Shown: positions 38,697 to 50,023, counted from the stretch's first letter. The stretch is DNA of 64,000 nt from an uncultured Gemmataceae bacterium (GCA_963750165.1 CAVVPN010000011.1:1888001-1952000); one strand, 5' to 3'. The notes: a model not told the origin generated them from the sequence alone. Program-made: numbers and translations.

Positions 38697-39458
38697 GTGG
38701 ATTCCCTGGTCATCGCCGGCATTGCCTTCACCTGCACCTTCGGCGGGGCGGTCCTGGGCATGGTGTTCCGCTCCGCCGTGCCCGGCCACCACCTCGGCGA
38801 CGATTCCAAGGAAATCCTGAAAGTGGCGGCCGGGCTGATCGGTACGATGGCCGCCCTGGTCCTCGGCCTGATGACCGCCTCGGCCAAGAGCGCCTTCGAC
38901 GCGCAGCGCAGCGGCTTCCAGCAGGGGGCCGCCAACTTCGTCCTGCTCGACCGCACGCTGGCGATGTACGGCCCGGATGCGAAACCCGCCCGCGCCCAGT
39001 TGCGCCGCATCGTCGCCGGCCTGCTCGATCGCCTCTGGCCCGCGGACGGTTCGCGGCCGGCGGCGATGGACTCCGCGGAAATCACCGAACTGTCCGCGCC
39101 GCTGTACAAGGCCGTCCGCGAGCTGAAGCCCGCCACGGAGGCAGAGCGCACGCTGCAGACCCAGGCGCTGCAGATCGGCACCGACCTGGGCCGCGCCCGC
39201 TGGCTGCTGAGCCACCAGGACGACGAGTCGATTCCGGTGCCCTTCCTGGCGGTGCTGGGGTTCTGGCTGTTCGTGCTGTTCGTCATCTTCGGCCTGCTGT
39301 CGCCGCGGAACGTCACCGTCGTCATGGTGCTGCTGGTGTGCGCGCTGTCGGTGGCCAGCGCCCTGTTCCTGATCGCGGACCTGGGCTCGCCGTCCCAGGG
39401 GTTGTTCCAGATGCCCGATACGCCGCTGCGCAAGGCGTTGTCGCAGCTCGGGCAGTAA
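38697..39458 (+). CDS. DUF4239 / bestrophin-like membrane protein
   Basis: HLGDDSKEILK..IGTMAALVLGLMTASAKSAFD..LLDRTLAMYGP; four TM segments. Confidence 0.8.
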   Translation: MDSLVIAGIAFTCTFGGAVLGMVFRSAVPGHHLGDDSKEILKVAAGLIGTMAALVLGLMTASAKSAFDAQRSGFQQGAANFVLLDRTLAMYGPDAKPARAQLRRIVAGLLDRLWPADGSRPAAMDSAEITELSAPLYKAVRELKPATEAERTLQTQALQIGTDLGRARWLLSHQDDESIPVPFLAVLGFWLFVLFVIFGLLSPRNVTVVMVLLVCALSVASALFLIADLGSPSQGLFQMPDTPLRKALSQLGQ

Positions 39459-39688
39459 TCCCGTCTCGCGGACATTTTTGCCTGTTTTTCACTTGTAAAT
39501 TGCGCAACTGGGAATAGCCTGAGAGCGGTGCAGCAAGTCGTTCGGAAGGCGCCCACAGCGTCCCCGCACAATCAGGTCAGTGGGTGACGCACCGCCCCAG
39601 CAGTCCAGTTTGCATGAATGCCCCGGGCTGATGCTCCGTGAGTCGCGTCGGCGAGCGGTGCAGCCCGGCATTTTCACAGGAGGGATGC

Positions 39689-42200
39689 ATGCGCAGGAAA
39701 TGGGAGATACCCCTGTACGTCGCCGTCGGGCTGCTGCTGGGCCTGGGTATCGCGGGCTTCCGCCACGGTATGCTGGACCCTGGTGTCCAGGCTCAGCCGG
39801 GGCCGCTCGCGACCGGGCAGAAGAAGGAGCAGCCCAAGAAGGAACCCGGCGGCGTCTTCTCACCGCCGGGCACGTCCGAGAGCGGTACGGTGGTGCCGGC
39901 GCCGAACAACCCGCCGTTCAAGGGCAAGATCGGCCGCACCATCAGCGAGTCCACGCCCGACTGGCCGCCGCTGGCCCGCGCCCCCAAGGGCGCCCCGGAT
40001 GTGCTGTTCATCGTGCTCGATGACGTGGGCTTCGCGGCGCTGGGCTGCTACGGCTCGCCGGTCGTCAAGACGCCGCACCTCGACAGGCTGGCCCGCGGCG
40101 GCGTGCGCTACAACAATTTCCACACCACCGCCCTGTGCTCGCCGAGCCGGTCCTGCTTCCTGACCGGCCGCAACCACCATTCCAACGCGATGGGCTGCAT
40201 CACCGAGGGCTCGCACGGCTTCCCCGGTTACAACGGACGGGTGCCGCTGTCCCACGGCTTCCTGTCCGAAATCCTGACGCCGTTCGGCTGGACGGCGTTC
40301 GCCATCGGCAAGTGGCACCTGACGCCGGCCGAGGACATGAACCTGGCCGGCAGTCGCAAATGGTGGCCGCTGGGCCGCGGCTTCGACCGCTTCTACGGCT
40401 TTCTCGGCGGCGAGACCGATCAATGGTTTCCCTGGCTGGCCCACGACAACCACTTCGTCAAGGCGCCGAAAACTCCGGAGCAGGGTTATCACTGCATCCC
40501 CGACTTGACCGACAAGGCCAAGGAGTTCATTGCCGATGTCAAACAGGTGGCGCCGGAACGGCCGTACTTCCTGTACTACTGTCCGGGCAGCTGCCACGCC
40601 CCGCACCACGTCCCCAAGGAATGGATCGACAAGTACAAGGGCAAGTTTGACGCCGGCTGGGACGACTATCGTGAAAAAGCCCTGGCCAACCAGATCAAGA
40701 TGGGCATCTGCCCCAAGGGCACCAGGCTGTCGCCGCGCGATCCCGAAGTGAAGGAATGGGCCAAGCTGACCGCGCAGGAAAAAGCGCTGTTCGCCACCGA
40801 GATGGAAGTGTACGCGGCCTACCTGTCGTACATCGACCATAATATCGGCGACCTGCTGACGTTCCTGGAAGAGCTGGGCACGCTGGACAACACCCTCATC
40901 ATCGCCGTGTCCGACAACGGCGCCAGTCCCGAGGGCGGCCCGAACGGCTCCTTCAACGAGAACCTGTTCTTCAACAACGCCCCGCAAACGATTGCCCTCA
41001 ACCTCAAGCACGCCAAACAATGGGGCGGCCCGAGCACCTATCCGCACTACTCGTGGGGCTGGGCACACGCCACCAACACGCCGTTCCGCCGCTGGAAACG
41101 CGAAGTCGCTCGCGGCGGCACCTCGGACCTGTGCATCGTCCACTGGCCGAAGGGCTTCAAGGCGAAAGACGCCATCCGGGAACAGTTCACACACGCCATC
41201 GACCTGGTGCCGACCGTGCTGGACGTGACCAAGATCAAGATGCCGACCTCCATCAACGGCGTGGCCCAGGCGCCGCTGGAGGGCCGGAGCTTCGCCAAAA
41301 CCTTCGACAACGCCAGGGCCAAAATCCCACGGGAAGCCCAGTATTTCGAGATGCTGGGCACGCGGGCCATCTACCTCGACGGCTGGCGGGCCTACGCCCC
41401 CTGGCAGACATTCGGCACGCAGATCACGCCGAAGGACGTGGACAATGCGAAATGGATGCTGTTCAACATCAACGAGGACTTCTCCGAATCGACTGACGTG
41501 GCGGCGCAGTTCCCGGACAAACTGGCGGAGATGAAGCAACTGTGGTTCATGCAGGCCAGCAAGTATCACGTGCTGCCACTGGACGCCGCTGGCGTCGAAC
41601 GGCTGGCGACGCCGCGGCCGCAGATTTCCGGGCCGCGGAGCAAGTACGTCTATTACCCGGGGACGGGTGAGGTGGAGGCGTCCAACGCGGTGGACGTTCG
41701 CAACCGCTCCTACAGCATCATCGCTGACGTGGAGATTCCCAAGGGCGGCGGCGAAGGTGTGCTGCTCGCCCACGGCGGCAGTTTCGGCGGCTACACCTTC
41801 TTCGTGAAGGACGGCACGCTTCGCTATTCCCATAATTACCTGGGGATCGAGGAATACAAGGTGGTCTCGACCGCCAAGATTCCCACGGGCAAGGTCACGC
41901 TGCGGATGGAGTTCACGCGAACCGGCGCCGCCGGACTTCAAGGTGGGCAAGGGCGCGCCGGGGACTGTGAAGCTGTTCATCAATGGCAAGGCCGCCGGCG
42001 CGGGCAAAGTTGCCATCACGTGTCCCATCGCCTACGGGCTCTCCGGCGACGGCCTCTCCTGTGGCAAGGACACCGGCACCGCGGTCAGTGCCGACTACCT
42101 GGGCCGCGAGTTCCCCTTCACGGCCAGGATTTTCCGCGTCGTGGTGGAGATTGGGGACGATCAGCACCCCACGGTGGCGGTGCCCCAGCGTAACGACTAG
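39689..42200 (+). CDS. Arylsulfatase (Cys-type, formylglycine) with a C-terminal extension; apparent frameshift near 41928
   Basis: PDVLFIVLDDVGF, TALCSPSRSCFLTGRNHH, GKWHL, SDNG; the C-terminus continues in ORF 41943-42200. Confidence 0.93.
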
Positions 42201-42229
42201 AGTGGTTCAGGAAGGGCAGGCGCACACGA

Positions 42230-42289
42230 CGTGGCACGGCTCTCCAGAGCCGTGCGGTTTCCACCACGGCTCTGGAGAGCCGTGCCACG
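42230..42289. repeat. Inverted REP doublet (REPIN-like), GTGG-type
   Basis: CGTGGCACGGCTCTCCAGAGCCGTG and its reverse complement 10 bp apart. Confidence 0.85.
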
Positions 42290-42403
42290 GTTTGTGGTCC
42301 ACGCGACTGTGAACTGCTCTAAGCGCCGCCAGGCGTAACCATCAGGAGGCCCGGAAGCCCATCGCTTCCGGGCCTTCGTTCGCAACCAGTAGAGGGTGCC
42401 GTC

Positions 42404-42868
42404 GTGAAGCAAGGCCAACGCAAGCGCAGAAGCCGCAAGGCCGCGCCCGCTGGCAACCACACACCGCTCCGGGACCAGGGCGGGCGACCGTGGTGGCACT
42501 GGGCCGTGATCGTGGTCTGTGTCCTGGCCGGCGCGGCGACGGGGTATTTCATCTTCGACCAGTACGTCTGGGCGCGCGTCCCGCCGGAGTTGGTTGGCAC
42601 CTGGGGCGTGGAGGGCGGCGAGCAGGACGGGGCCACGCTGGAGTTTCAGCGCAACGGCGAGTTTCGCGGCCGGGTCAACAACCGGGGACGAGAAGAAATC
42701 ATCAAGTCGCAGGTCACCGCGGCAGGGAACGTGTTGCGGTTTACATCGGCCCACCCGACCACGGGCCAGGTGTCGGTGCAAACGCAGACCATCAAGAAAC
42801 TGACCGCAACGGAGCTGGTGCTGGAGGACGAGAAGGGGCGGGTGTTTCGCTGCGTCCGGCTGCGCTGA
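42404..42868 (+). CDS. Membrane-anchored TIGR03066/lipocalin-like planctomycete protein
   Basis: TM segment, then PELVGTW..ATLEFQRNG..IKKLTATELVLEDEKG. Confidence 0.7.
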   Translation: MKQGQRKRRSRKAAPAGNHTPLRDQGGRPWWHWAVIVVCVLAGAATGYFIFDQYVWARVPPELVGTWGVEGGEQDGATLEFQRNGEFRGRVNNRGREEIIKSQVTAAGNVLRFTSAHPTTGQVSVQTQTIKKLTATELVLEDEKGRVFRCVRLR

Positions 42869-42992
42869 CCGGGCGTCCGCTTACTCCGCGCGTACGCTCC
42901 GTGCGCAGCTCGGAGGCGCTCATTGCTTCCGAACGCCCTAAGACTATGTGTGTGTGTGTAGGGGGCGCCATGCAATCCAAAGAAAGGCTATC

Positions 42993-43673
42993 ATGAGTGA
43001 GAAGGTGCTGTTTCGCTGGGCCTGTCTGGCAGTGGCCGCGGCCGCGCTGGCGGCGCTCGGCTGGATGCTCAACGACATGCGCCTGCAGGTGCGGGAACTG
43101 GCGCAAAACGCCAGCGATGAACTGACCGAGGTGCGGGGGTTGACCACCAGGGCCAACAACATCCTGACCCAGACCGAGAGCGTCACCAAACAACTCGACG
43201 ACAAGGTGCCCAAGATCCTGAATCAGACCGAGCAGGTGACGGGCGCGATGAACCGGCACCTGCCGAAAATCCTCGCGGAGTCCGAGGTGGCAGTGACCTC
43301 GATCGCGAACCTGGGAGCGAACTTCCGCCAGTACAAGGACCTGATGGCGAAGGTTTACGCCAACAAGCGGGACGCGGGGCTGCTGAACTACGGCAACGGC
43401 CTCCTGGACCTGATCGAAAAGAATCCGGACGCCGTCGTGGGCATGAAGAAGCGGGGCACCGACCAGTCGCTCAAGCAGGTGATGCCGGCGAAGCAATGGG
43501 CCGGCGCCGCGCGGAAGGACGCTCAGTTCCTCAGCATGTCCGCGGCGTCGAAGGTGCAGATGTTGCGCGGCCTGGCCCGGGCTGACTCGGAGATGCCGTG
43601 GTACATCCGCCTCGGCGAAAAGGGAGCTCCGCAGCTGCTGTCGGACTGGCTTGAGAGCAAGGGCCTGAAGTAA
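42993..43673 (+). CDS. Membrane-anchored coiled-coil hypothetical protein
   Basis: GAAAGG RBS, N-terminal TM segment, helical body. Confidence 0.75.
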   Translation: MSEKVLFRWACLAVAAAALAALGWMLNDMRLQVRELAQNASDELTEVRGLTTRANNILTQTESVTKQLDDKVPKILNQTEQVTGAMNRHLPKILAESEVAVTSIANLGANFRQYKDLMAKVYANKRDAGLLNYGNGLLDLIEKNPDAVVGMKKRGTDQSLKQVMPAKQWAGAARKDAQFLSMSAASKVQMLRGLARADSEMPWYIRLGEKGAPQLLSDWLESKGLK

Positions 43674-43699
43674 GAGTGTCGTTGTGAAGGGAGCCTGGT

Positions 43700-44612
43700 A
43701 TGAGCAATTTTCACGATGCTGAGACGCTGTCGATGCAGGCGCCCCGGACCCACTCGCCCGGCACTTCGGCCCCAGTCCGCCGCCGGTTGCGGTATTGTTC
43801 GGAGCGCAGTCGCACCCCGGCCTGGTGCGGCCCAACAACGAGGACCATTACGCGGTCATCGAGCGGCGGCGGTCGCGGAACATCTTGCTGACGAACCTGC
43901 CGGAGGGGTGGCTGCGGCCGGCGGACGACGTGGCCTACCTGATGGCGGTGGCCGACGGCCTGGGCGGCATGGCCTTCGGTGAGCTGGCCAGCATGATGGC
44001 GCTGCGCAGCGGCTGGGAGCAGGCCCCCAACGCCATCAAGTGGACCTGGATCGTCACCGACCAGGAAGTCGAGGACCTCAAGCAGCGGGCCGAGATCGTC
44101 TTCCAGCGCATGGACGAGGCACTGCAGGAGCGGGCGCGGCGCATCCGGAGTGCGCCGGCATGGGCACCACGCTCACCGTGGCGTACTCGGTCGGGCCGGA
44201 GGCGTTCATCGCCCATGTCGGCGATTCGCGGGCCTACCTGTATCGGGCGGATGTCCTGAGACAGCTGACGCGCGACCACACGCGGGCACAGGAGTGCCTG
44301 GACGCTGGCGAGCCGGTGCTGTCGCGGTCGTGGCACCACATGCTGACCAACTGCCTGGGCGGGAGTGGCCGGCCCGTCCGGGTCGAGTTCCACCGCCTGC
44401 ACCTGGAGGATGGCGATCAACTGCTGCTCTGCACCGACGGGCTGAACGACCTGGTGCGGGAAGCGGACATCGCGGCCATTCTCGGCCGGCGGGGCGTGCC
44501 CCAGGAGGCGGCCCGGGCCCTGGTGGACGCGGCCCTGACCGGCGGCGGCCGCGACAATGTGACCGTCATCGTGGCCCGCTACGCGATGCTGCCGAGTACC
44601 GAAACCCCATAA
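43700..44612 (+). CDS. PP2C/PPM-family Ser/Thr phosphatase (apparent frameshifts near 43746 and 44140)
   Basis: SHPGLVRPNNED, AVADGLGG, GMGTTLT, AHVGDSRAY, LLLCTDGL, GGRDNVTVIV spread over three frames. Confidence 0.9.
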
Positions 44613-44624
44613 CCAGAGACCATC

Positions 44625-44810
44625 ATGGATCACCAGGAAAAACATCACCAGCAACACCAGAAGGAACGCGAACACGAAAAGCAGGAGCAGAAAGAGCACG
44701 AGCGCGCCTGGATGAAGAACCCGCTGCCGTTCCACTCCGCGTGGCTGGTGGCAGTCGTGTTCGCGCTGATCCTGGCGGCGGTATTGATCTGGACCTTACT
44801 CCCCTGGTAG
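44625..44810 (+). CDS. Small membrane protein with a His/Gln/Glu-rich N-terminus
   Basis: 61 aa: MDHQEKHHQQHQKEREHEK.. plus one TM helix. Confidence 0.7.
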   Translation: MDHQEKHHQQHQKEREHEKQEQKEHERAWMKNPLPFHSAWLVAVVFALILAAVLIWTLLPW

Positions 44811-44859
44811 CCGAAGTCGTGAGACTTCGGAGCGACTGAACTCTCACGAGTTCAGCTAC
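44807..44859. repeat. GTAG-type REP doublet
   Basis: GTAG-CCGAAGTC-GTGA-GACTTCGG and the inverted CTGAACTC-TCAC-GAGTTCAG-CTAC; the GTAG supplies the TAG stop of the upstream ORF. Confidence 0.85.
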
Positions 44860-44942
44860 GCAAACGCTGTTGCCGTATGAGCCCGGCTTCCGAGCAAACC
44901 CCCTGAGTGTGACAACCCTGTGTCAGCGGAAAGGATGAACCC

Positions 44943-45845
44943 ATGCGATCCGGACTGTTATGGCTGCCTGTCCTGTGCCTCGGCCTGCTCGCCGGCCCGG
45001 CGTGGGGGCAGGGGATCAAGACCGACCCCAAGGAAGAGGCGGCGCTGCTGAAGAACGCCAAGGACTTCCTTGAGGCCTTCCACAAGGGCGACGCCAGGGC
45101 CCTGGCCGCCTTCTGGGTGGCGGACGGCGACTACACCGACCAGAAAGGCAAGCACCTCAAAGGCCGCGCCGCCATCGAGAAAGCCTTCGCCGCCCTCTTC
45201 GCCGAGAACAAGAACCTGCGGCTGCGCATCGACATCACCGCGCTGCGCTTCGTGACGCCCGAGGTGGCCGTCGAGGACGGCATTACCACCGTGCTCACCC
45301 CGGACGGGGCGCCGCCCAGCCGCGCCCGTTACACCATCATCCACGTCAAGAAGGGCGGCAAATGGCAGCTGAGCAGTGTCCGCGACGCTCCCTTCGCGCC
45401 GGCGAGCAACCACGAACACCTGACCGAACTGGAGTGGACCATCGGCGACTGGGCGGCGGAGTCCGGCAAGAGCGCCGAAGTGGGCCGGGCGTCGTTCGCC
45501 TGGGCGGAGAACCAGAACTTCATCATCGGGTCGTTCACGACCACCTTCAAGAACACCGCCATCGGCGGCGCCACCCAGTGGATCGGCTGGGATCCGGCGG
45601 CCAGGCAGATTCGCTCGTGGACGTTCGAGAACAACGGCGGCTTCGGCGAAGGGACGTGGTCCAGGGAGGGCGGCCAGTGGCTAATCAAGACGGCCGCGGT
45701 GCTCCGCGACGGCAAGAAGGTGACGGCCACGAACGTCCTCACGCGCATCGACGCCGACACCTTCACCTGGCAGATCCGCGACATCACCGTGGACGGCAAG
45801 GCGGTGCCCGAGACCAAGGAAGTCAAGATGAAGCGGATCAAGTAA
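44943..45845 (+). CDS. Secreted NTF2/SnoaL-like (SgcJ/EcaC, DUF4440) protein
   Basis: FLEAFHKGDARALAAFW..GRAAIE..FVTPEVAVEDG..HVKKGGKWQL; second domain LEWTIGDW. Confidence 0.85.
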   Translation: MRSGLLWLPVLCLGLLAGPAWGQGIKTDPKEEAALLKNAKDFLEAFHKGDARALAAFWVADGDYTDQKGKHLKGRAAIEKAFAALFAENKNLRLRIDITALRFVTPEVAVEDGITTVLTPDGAPPSRARYTIIHVKKGGKWQLSSVRDAPFAPASNHEHLTELEWTIGDWAAESGKSAEVGRASFAWAENQNFIIGSFTTTFKNTAIGGATQWIGWDPAARQIRSWTFENNGGFGEGTWSREGGQWLIKTAAVLRDGKKVTATNVLTRIDADTFTWQIRDITVDGKAVPETKEVKMKRIK

Positions 45846-45885
45846 ACCCGGCAACCTGGCGATGCAACTTTTCAGGAGAACAACC

Positions 45886-46251
45886 ATGCAGCGTAAGTAC
45901 CTCGTTCTGATCGCGGCGGCCCTGCTGACGCTGGCCGCCGCGTCCCGGGCCCAGGCGTGGGGCGCCGCCCACGTTGGCTACACCCATGTCGGCCCCGCGG
46001 GCGCCTACCACGTCGGCCGCACTGCCGCGTACGGGCCGTATGGCGGCTTCTCAACCGGTCGCGTCGGGGCCTACGGCTACGGTGGCGGTTACTACGGCGG
46101 CAATACCACCATGCACCTCAGTGGGCCGTACAGCTACTACGGCGGGTATCACCCCTACACCCCGACCTACGGCGGTTACGCGGTGGGCGGCTACTCCTAC
46201 AACCCCTACGGCATCGGCTACGGTACCGCCGGCGTTTACCGCGGCTACTAA
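45886..46251 (+). CDS. Small secreted Gly/Tyr-rich protein
   Basis: AGGAGA RBS, signal ending RAQA, mature part GYGYGGGYYGG. Confidence 0.75.
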   Translation: MQRKYLVLIAAALLTLAAASRAQAWGAAHVGYTHVGPAGAYHVGRTAAYGPYGGFSTGRVGAYGYGGGYYGGNTTMHLSGPYSYYGGYHPYTPTYGGYAVGGYSYNPYGIGYGTAGVYRGY

Positions 46252-46303
46252 TTCGCGGCGGTTGACAGGAAGACCTGAGAATCCCCGGGAGCGCCGGGGA
46301 TCC

Positions 46304-47650
46304 TCATTGCCGTTCGACCAAGCTCATCAATTCCACGAACGCCATTCGGTACGCCAGGTCCGCCTTGACGGCATCGACTTCCGCCAGGGTGCGGGCCCTG
46401 ACCGCGGCCATCAGCGCCGGCGGCGTGGCCGCACCCTTCTCGGCCTCCCTCCGCAGCAGCACCATTTCCTGGGCCAGTTTCAGGGTCGCCTGACTCTCTC
46501 CCAGTTCCCGGTAGGCTTTCTGTGCTTTCTGGCGAACCTCATCCTCGACCTGGTGAAGTTTCAAATGGGCCATGCTGACCATCGTGTTGCGCTCCCGCAC
46601 GACTTCCATGCGCTTGCCGCCGTTGAACAGCGTCCAGGTGCCGGCCATGCCGACGTAGCCGATGTTGGGTTGAATGTAGGAGGCCGCGGTTTGGTTCACG
46701 TAGCCGCCCGTCAGACCGACACTGGGCAGGTAGTCCAGTTTGGCGGCGGCGACGGCGGCGTTGCCCTTGTTCACGTTCTGCTGGGCTTCCGCGATCTCGG
46801 GGCTGGCCGAAAGGGCGAGTGCCACCACGTCGTCGGCGCACCGGAACGGCGGCACCGGCAGGGCGGGCTCAACCAGCTCCAGGACCGTACAAGGCGGCAA
46901 ATCAAGCAGGCCGTTCAGCTGTTCCTGGGCGTCCTGAATTTGTTTGTCGATCTGTTGCAGGCCCTGCTGGGCTTCCACCAGGCCCAGCCGCGCCTCCAGG
47001 GTTTTCGTGGCGGCCATCGCCTCCGCCTGGCGAACGCTCTCCTGCGCCCCCGCCTGCAACTTGCGGGCGGCCAGGAGGCTCCAGTAGAGTTGCTCGACGC
47101 CGCTGACAAGGGCGCGGACTCCTTTTGCCCACTCGGCTTTGGCGATTTGCTGGTCGGCCTGAGCGATTTTCACCCCCTGACGAACCTTGAACAGGTCCGT
47201 GAGGGGTTGCACCACGGCGATCTGGAGGAACGAACTGTTCTGGTTGAACACGGAGGCCGAGACTGTGCTACCGGGGAAAGACACCAGCGGTTGGCCGCGG
47301 GGGCGATTGATCGACCTGCTCGACACGGTCAGCACCGACCCAAGGTCATCATTGAAGTGAAAATACAGAGCGTTAGCGCTCACCTTCGGGAAGTAGTCCG
47401 CGCGCGCGACCTTGATCGCGTAGGACTTGGCCTCCACGTTAAGAACGGCGAGGTTGATGAGTTTGTTATTGCTGATCGCCAGTTGTTTGGCTTCTTCCAG
47501 CGTCAGGCGCTTGCTCGCTCCCGGGACGTTCAGCTGCTGCACGACCTGCGCCCGGCCCTCCTGGGCAGTCGCGGGGGATGCCGTCAGCGCTCCCAGGCAA
47601 AGGCCGATGAGCAACACAGACAGGAGCGCTCTGTGCGGTCTTGTTTTCAC
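46304..47650 (-). CDS. TolC-family outer membrane protein
   Basis: LTLEEAKQLAISNN, ARADYFPKVS, ALSASPEI, AKLDYLPSV, WTLFNGG. Confidence 0.88.
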   Translation of the reverse strand: MKTRPHRALLSVLLIGLCLGALTASPATAQEGRAQVVQQLNVPGASKRLTLEEAKQLAISNNKLINLAVLNVEAKSYAIKVARADYFPKVSANALYFHFNDDLGSVLTVSSRSINRPRGQPLVSFPGSTVSASVFNQNSSFLQIAVVQPLTDLFKVRQGVKIAQADQQIAKAEWAKGVRALVSGVEQLYWSLLAARKLQAGAQESVRQAEAMAATKTLEARLGLVEAQQGLQQIDKQIQDAQEQLNGLLDLPPCTVLELVEPALPVPPFRCADDVVALALSASPEIAEAQQNVNKGNAAVAAAKLDYLPSVGLTGGYVNQTAASYIQPNIGYVGMAGTWTLFNGGKRMEVVRERNTMVSMAHLKLHQVEDEVRQKAQKAYRELGESQATLKLAQEMVLLRREAEKGAATPPALMAAVRARTLAEVDAVKADLAYRMAFVELMSLVERQ

Positions 47651-47933
47651 GGCCCGGTCCTCCCCGTGTCAGCGCCGCATCCGTGGCAGCGGACGCCCAC
47701 CTCGCCCAGGCACCCCGGCACTCCACCGTGAAGTGCGCGAAGTGCTAGCCTATCCGACTTTATCGGCCGTGGCGAAAAGGGGGCTTGAGCGGTTGCCGAG
47801 ACATTTCACGAAAACGATGGGGATCGGGGCAACAGGCACCGTGTTCGCAAACGGCGCCCGGGACTACAATGAAGCCTGCCACCCCCGCCCTCCGAGGCGT
47901 CCAGCGGGGGGCACATTGTTAGGGAGGGGAGTC

Positions 47934-48368
47934 ATGCGAACGCTTTTCTTCGCCGCGGCGGTCGCTATCCTGATCGTCCCGGCTCCCGGCGCACCACAGC
48001 AAAAGGGCCGGACCGACCACCTCAACGGCAAATGGCTGTGCGTCCGCGTCCAGAACCGCGACAACCTGATACCGCAGGACACCGGCTGGGTGATGACCAT
48101 CGCCGGCAAGCAGGTTTCCTGGAAGACCTCGAGCGGCCAGAACGCCGGCCCTTACCCCATCACCATCGACCCGGACGCAACGCCGCCGCGCATGGACTTC
48201 TCCGGCGTCGGCATCTACCGGCTCGACGCCGACACCCTCGTCCTGTGCTGGTGGAGCCAGGCCACGGATCGGCAGGCCACATTTGACATGCCGAAACAGA
48301 ACCCTTCGGGCAAGACGTTCACCTTCCGCCGGGTCGTGGAGGATCGGCCGGGGGCGGCCCGGCCGTAA
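47934..48368 (+). CDS. TIGR03067-like planctomycete domain protein
   Basis: LNGKW..IDPDATPPRMDF..GIYRLDADTLVLCW. Confidence 0.75.
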   Translation: MRTLFFAAAVAILIVPAPGAPQQKGRTDHLNGKWLCVRVQNRDNLIPQDTGWVMTIAGKQVSWKTSSGQNAGPYPITIDPDATPPRMDFSGVGIYRLDADTLVLCWWSQATDRQATFDMPKQNPSGKTFTFRRVVEDRPGAARP

Positions 48369-48382
48369 GGGGGCCGCCCAGC

Positions 48383-48965
48383 CTACGCCGCCCGCCGCGC
48401 CAGCTGGAACACTGACGGCAACAGACCGCGCACCCGCTTCCGCTCCGGCTCGGCGTGCGGGCCAGCCTCCTGGATGTCATCCACAGAGTAGGACGCCAGC
48501 GGGTCGAAGGTGCGGAGCGTGACCAGCACGGCCTCCAGCTCGCGCCGCGGCACCACGGTGAACACCACCTTGACCGGCCCGCGGGTCCCCTGGGCGTCCA
48601 GGCTCGTGACGCCGAAGCGGGCCGCGCAGTTCGCGGAGCAGGTTCGAGGTGTCGCGGGTGGTGACGGCGCGAACCGCCACCGTGCCCAGCGCCAGCCAGC
48701 GTTCCGTGAGCATGCCCAGGTAGTTGCCAAGCGTGAAGCCACCCGCGAAGCCCAGGAAACAGCCCGCGTCGTTCAGGTTCTGCATCACCTGGCCGATGGC
48801 GAACAGCCAGATCGTCACCTCCAAAAAGCCCACCAGCGGCGCCAGCCGGCGCTTGCCGCGCACGATGAAGATGATGCGCAGCGTGGACAGCGTGACCACG
48901 CACAACTCGGCCACGAACACCAGCGCCGGCAGCGCGTGCAACGTCAAGTCGGCCAGCAGAACCAT
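48383..48965 (-). CDS. DUF5698/DUF2179 (UPF0316) membrane protein (apparent frameshift near 48625)
   Basis: TLSTLRIIFIVRG..GFLEVTIWLFAIGQV..FAGGFTLGNYLG, then FGVTSLDAQG..VFTVVPRR..FDPLA in the other frame. Confidence 0.85.
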
Positions 48966-49065
48966 CCGTCATTCTCCTCGTAAGACTCGTCGGCGCCGGC
49001 GGGCGACCGCTGCGGCCGGGGTATACGTCTGGAGGGGACGGCTTGCAAGAGCGGCTGACCGCGCG

Positions 49066-49818
49066 TCAGGAAAGCGGGGGAACTGCGGGGACTGGGGCGC
49101 CCGTCTCGGTGCGGATGCCGCTGAAGAACTGGTAGATCGGCAGCAACCACGGCGGCAGAAACTTCTGCACCCGCGACCGCGGTGTCTCGCCGACGTGAAT
49201 CTGATCGAACGGCTGCAAGCGCAGGTTGGTCCGCTGATCGTGTTTCAGGACGATGGCGCGCAGATCGACATGGAACACCTCGGGTCGCTGCCCCTCGGCG
49301 ATGCGCGTGCGGATGACGTACACGTCCTCGGGGGCGGCGCCCGCCGTGATGCCGCCGACGCGCTGCAGCAGGTCGAGGATGGTTTCCTGGCCCTGGTAGG
49401 GGACGGCGCGTTGCAGGCCGTGGATCTCGCCGAACAGGAACAGGTGCTGGCTGCGGAACTCGGCGATGCGCACCTGCACCTGGCCCGGCGCCAGCCGCAG
49501 CTGCTCGGCGAGGCGGCGGGCGGCCTGCGGCGGCGTCAGGCCCTCCAGGCGCGGCTGGCCGAGGGCGCCGAGGTCCACGCGGCCGTCCGGGGCGAGGGCG
49601 GCGACGACGGCGGGCTGTGGTCCCAGCGTCACCTCCAACACGTCGGGGCAGGCCAGGGTATAGTTCTCGAGAACGCCCTCGCTGCGGTTGTTGGCGCCCT
49701 TGTCGGCCATGAGTTTTTCTTCGACGCCCGGCCGCAGTCCGGCGCAGCCCGCCATGAGGCCGGTGAGCAACACCGACCACCGCAGCCACCAGGCTAACCG
49801 ACCTTGTCCAGGTTTCAT
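49066..49818 (-). CDS. Polysaccharide biosynthesis/export (Wza-like, SLBB) lipoprotein
   Basis: Lipobox MAGC, YTLACPDVLEV, APDGRVDL, FGEI, LQPFDQIHV. Confidence 0.85.
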   Translation of the reverse strand: MKPGQGRLAWWLRWSVLLTGLMAGCAGLRPGVEEKLMADKGANNRSEGVLENYTLACPDVLEVTLGPQPAVVAALAPDGRVDLGALGQPRLEGLTPPQAARRLAEQLRLAPGQVQVRIAEFRSQHLFLFGEIHGLQRAVPYQGQETILDLLQRVGGITAGAAPEDVYVIRTRIAEGQRPEVFHVDLRAIVLKHDQRTNLRLQPFDQIHVGETPRSRVQKFLPPWLLPIYQFFSGIRTETGAPVPAVPPLS

Positions 49819-50023
49819 GACTTCGCCGCCCAGGCGATGGACGGACCGTGACGCTTCCGTTTAAGCATCGGTTGCCGGCGGCGGTGACTTGAACGAATTT
49901 GCGGGCGCAGGTTACCAGTGTGCCACACAAACAGGTAGCGTGTGCTGGAGTGTGCCACTGCCTGGCCGCCCTGCTGGACTGGACGGGATTCTTGAGACTT
50001 CACGGGGCGGCCAGGCGTCCACG

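Noticed and set aside
43700..44612. PP2C, sulfatase, BatA and others as true pseudogenes
   Set aside because: All catalytic motifs are intact and the indels match a window-wide error pattern.
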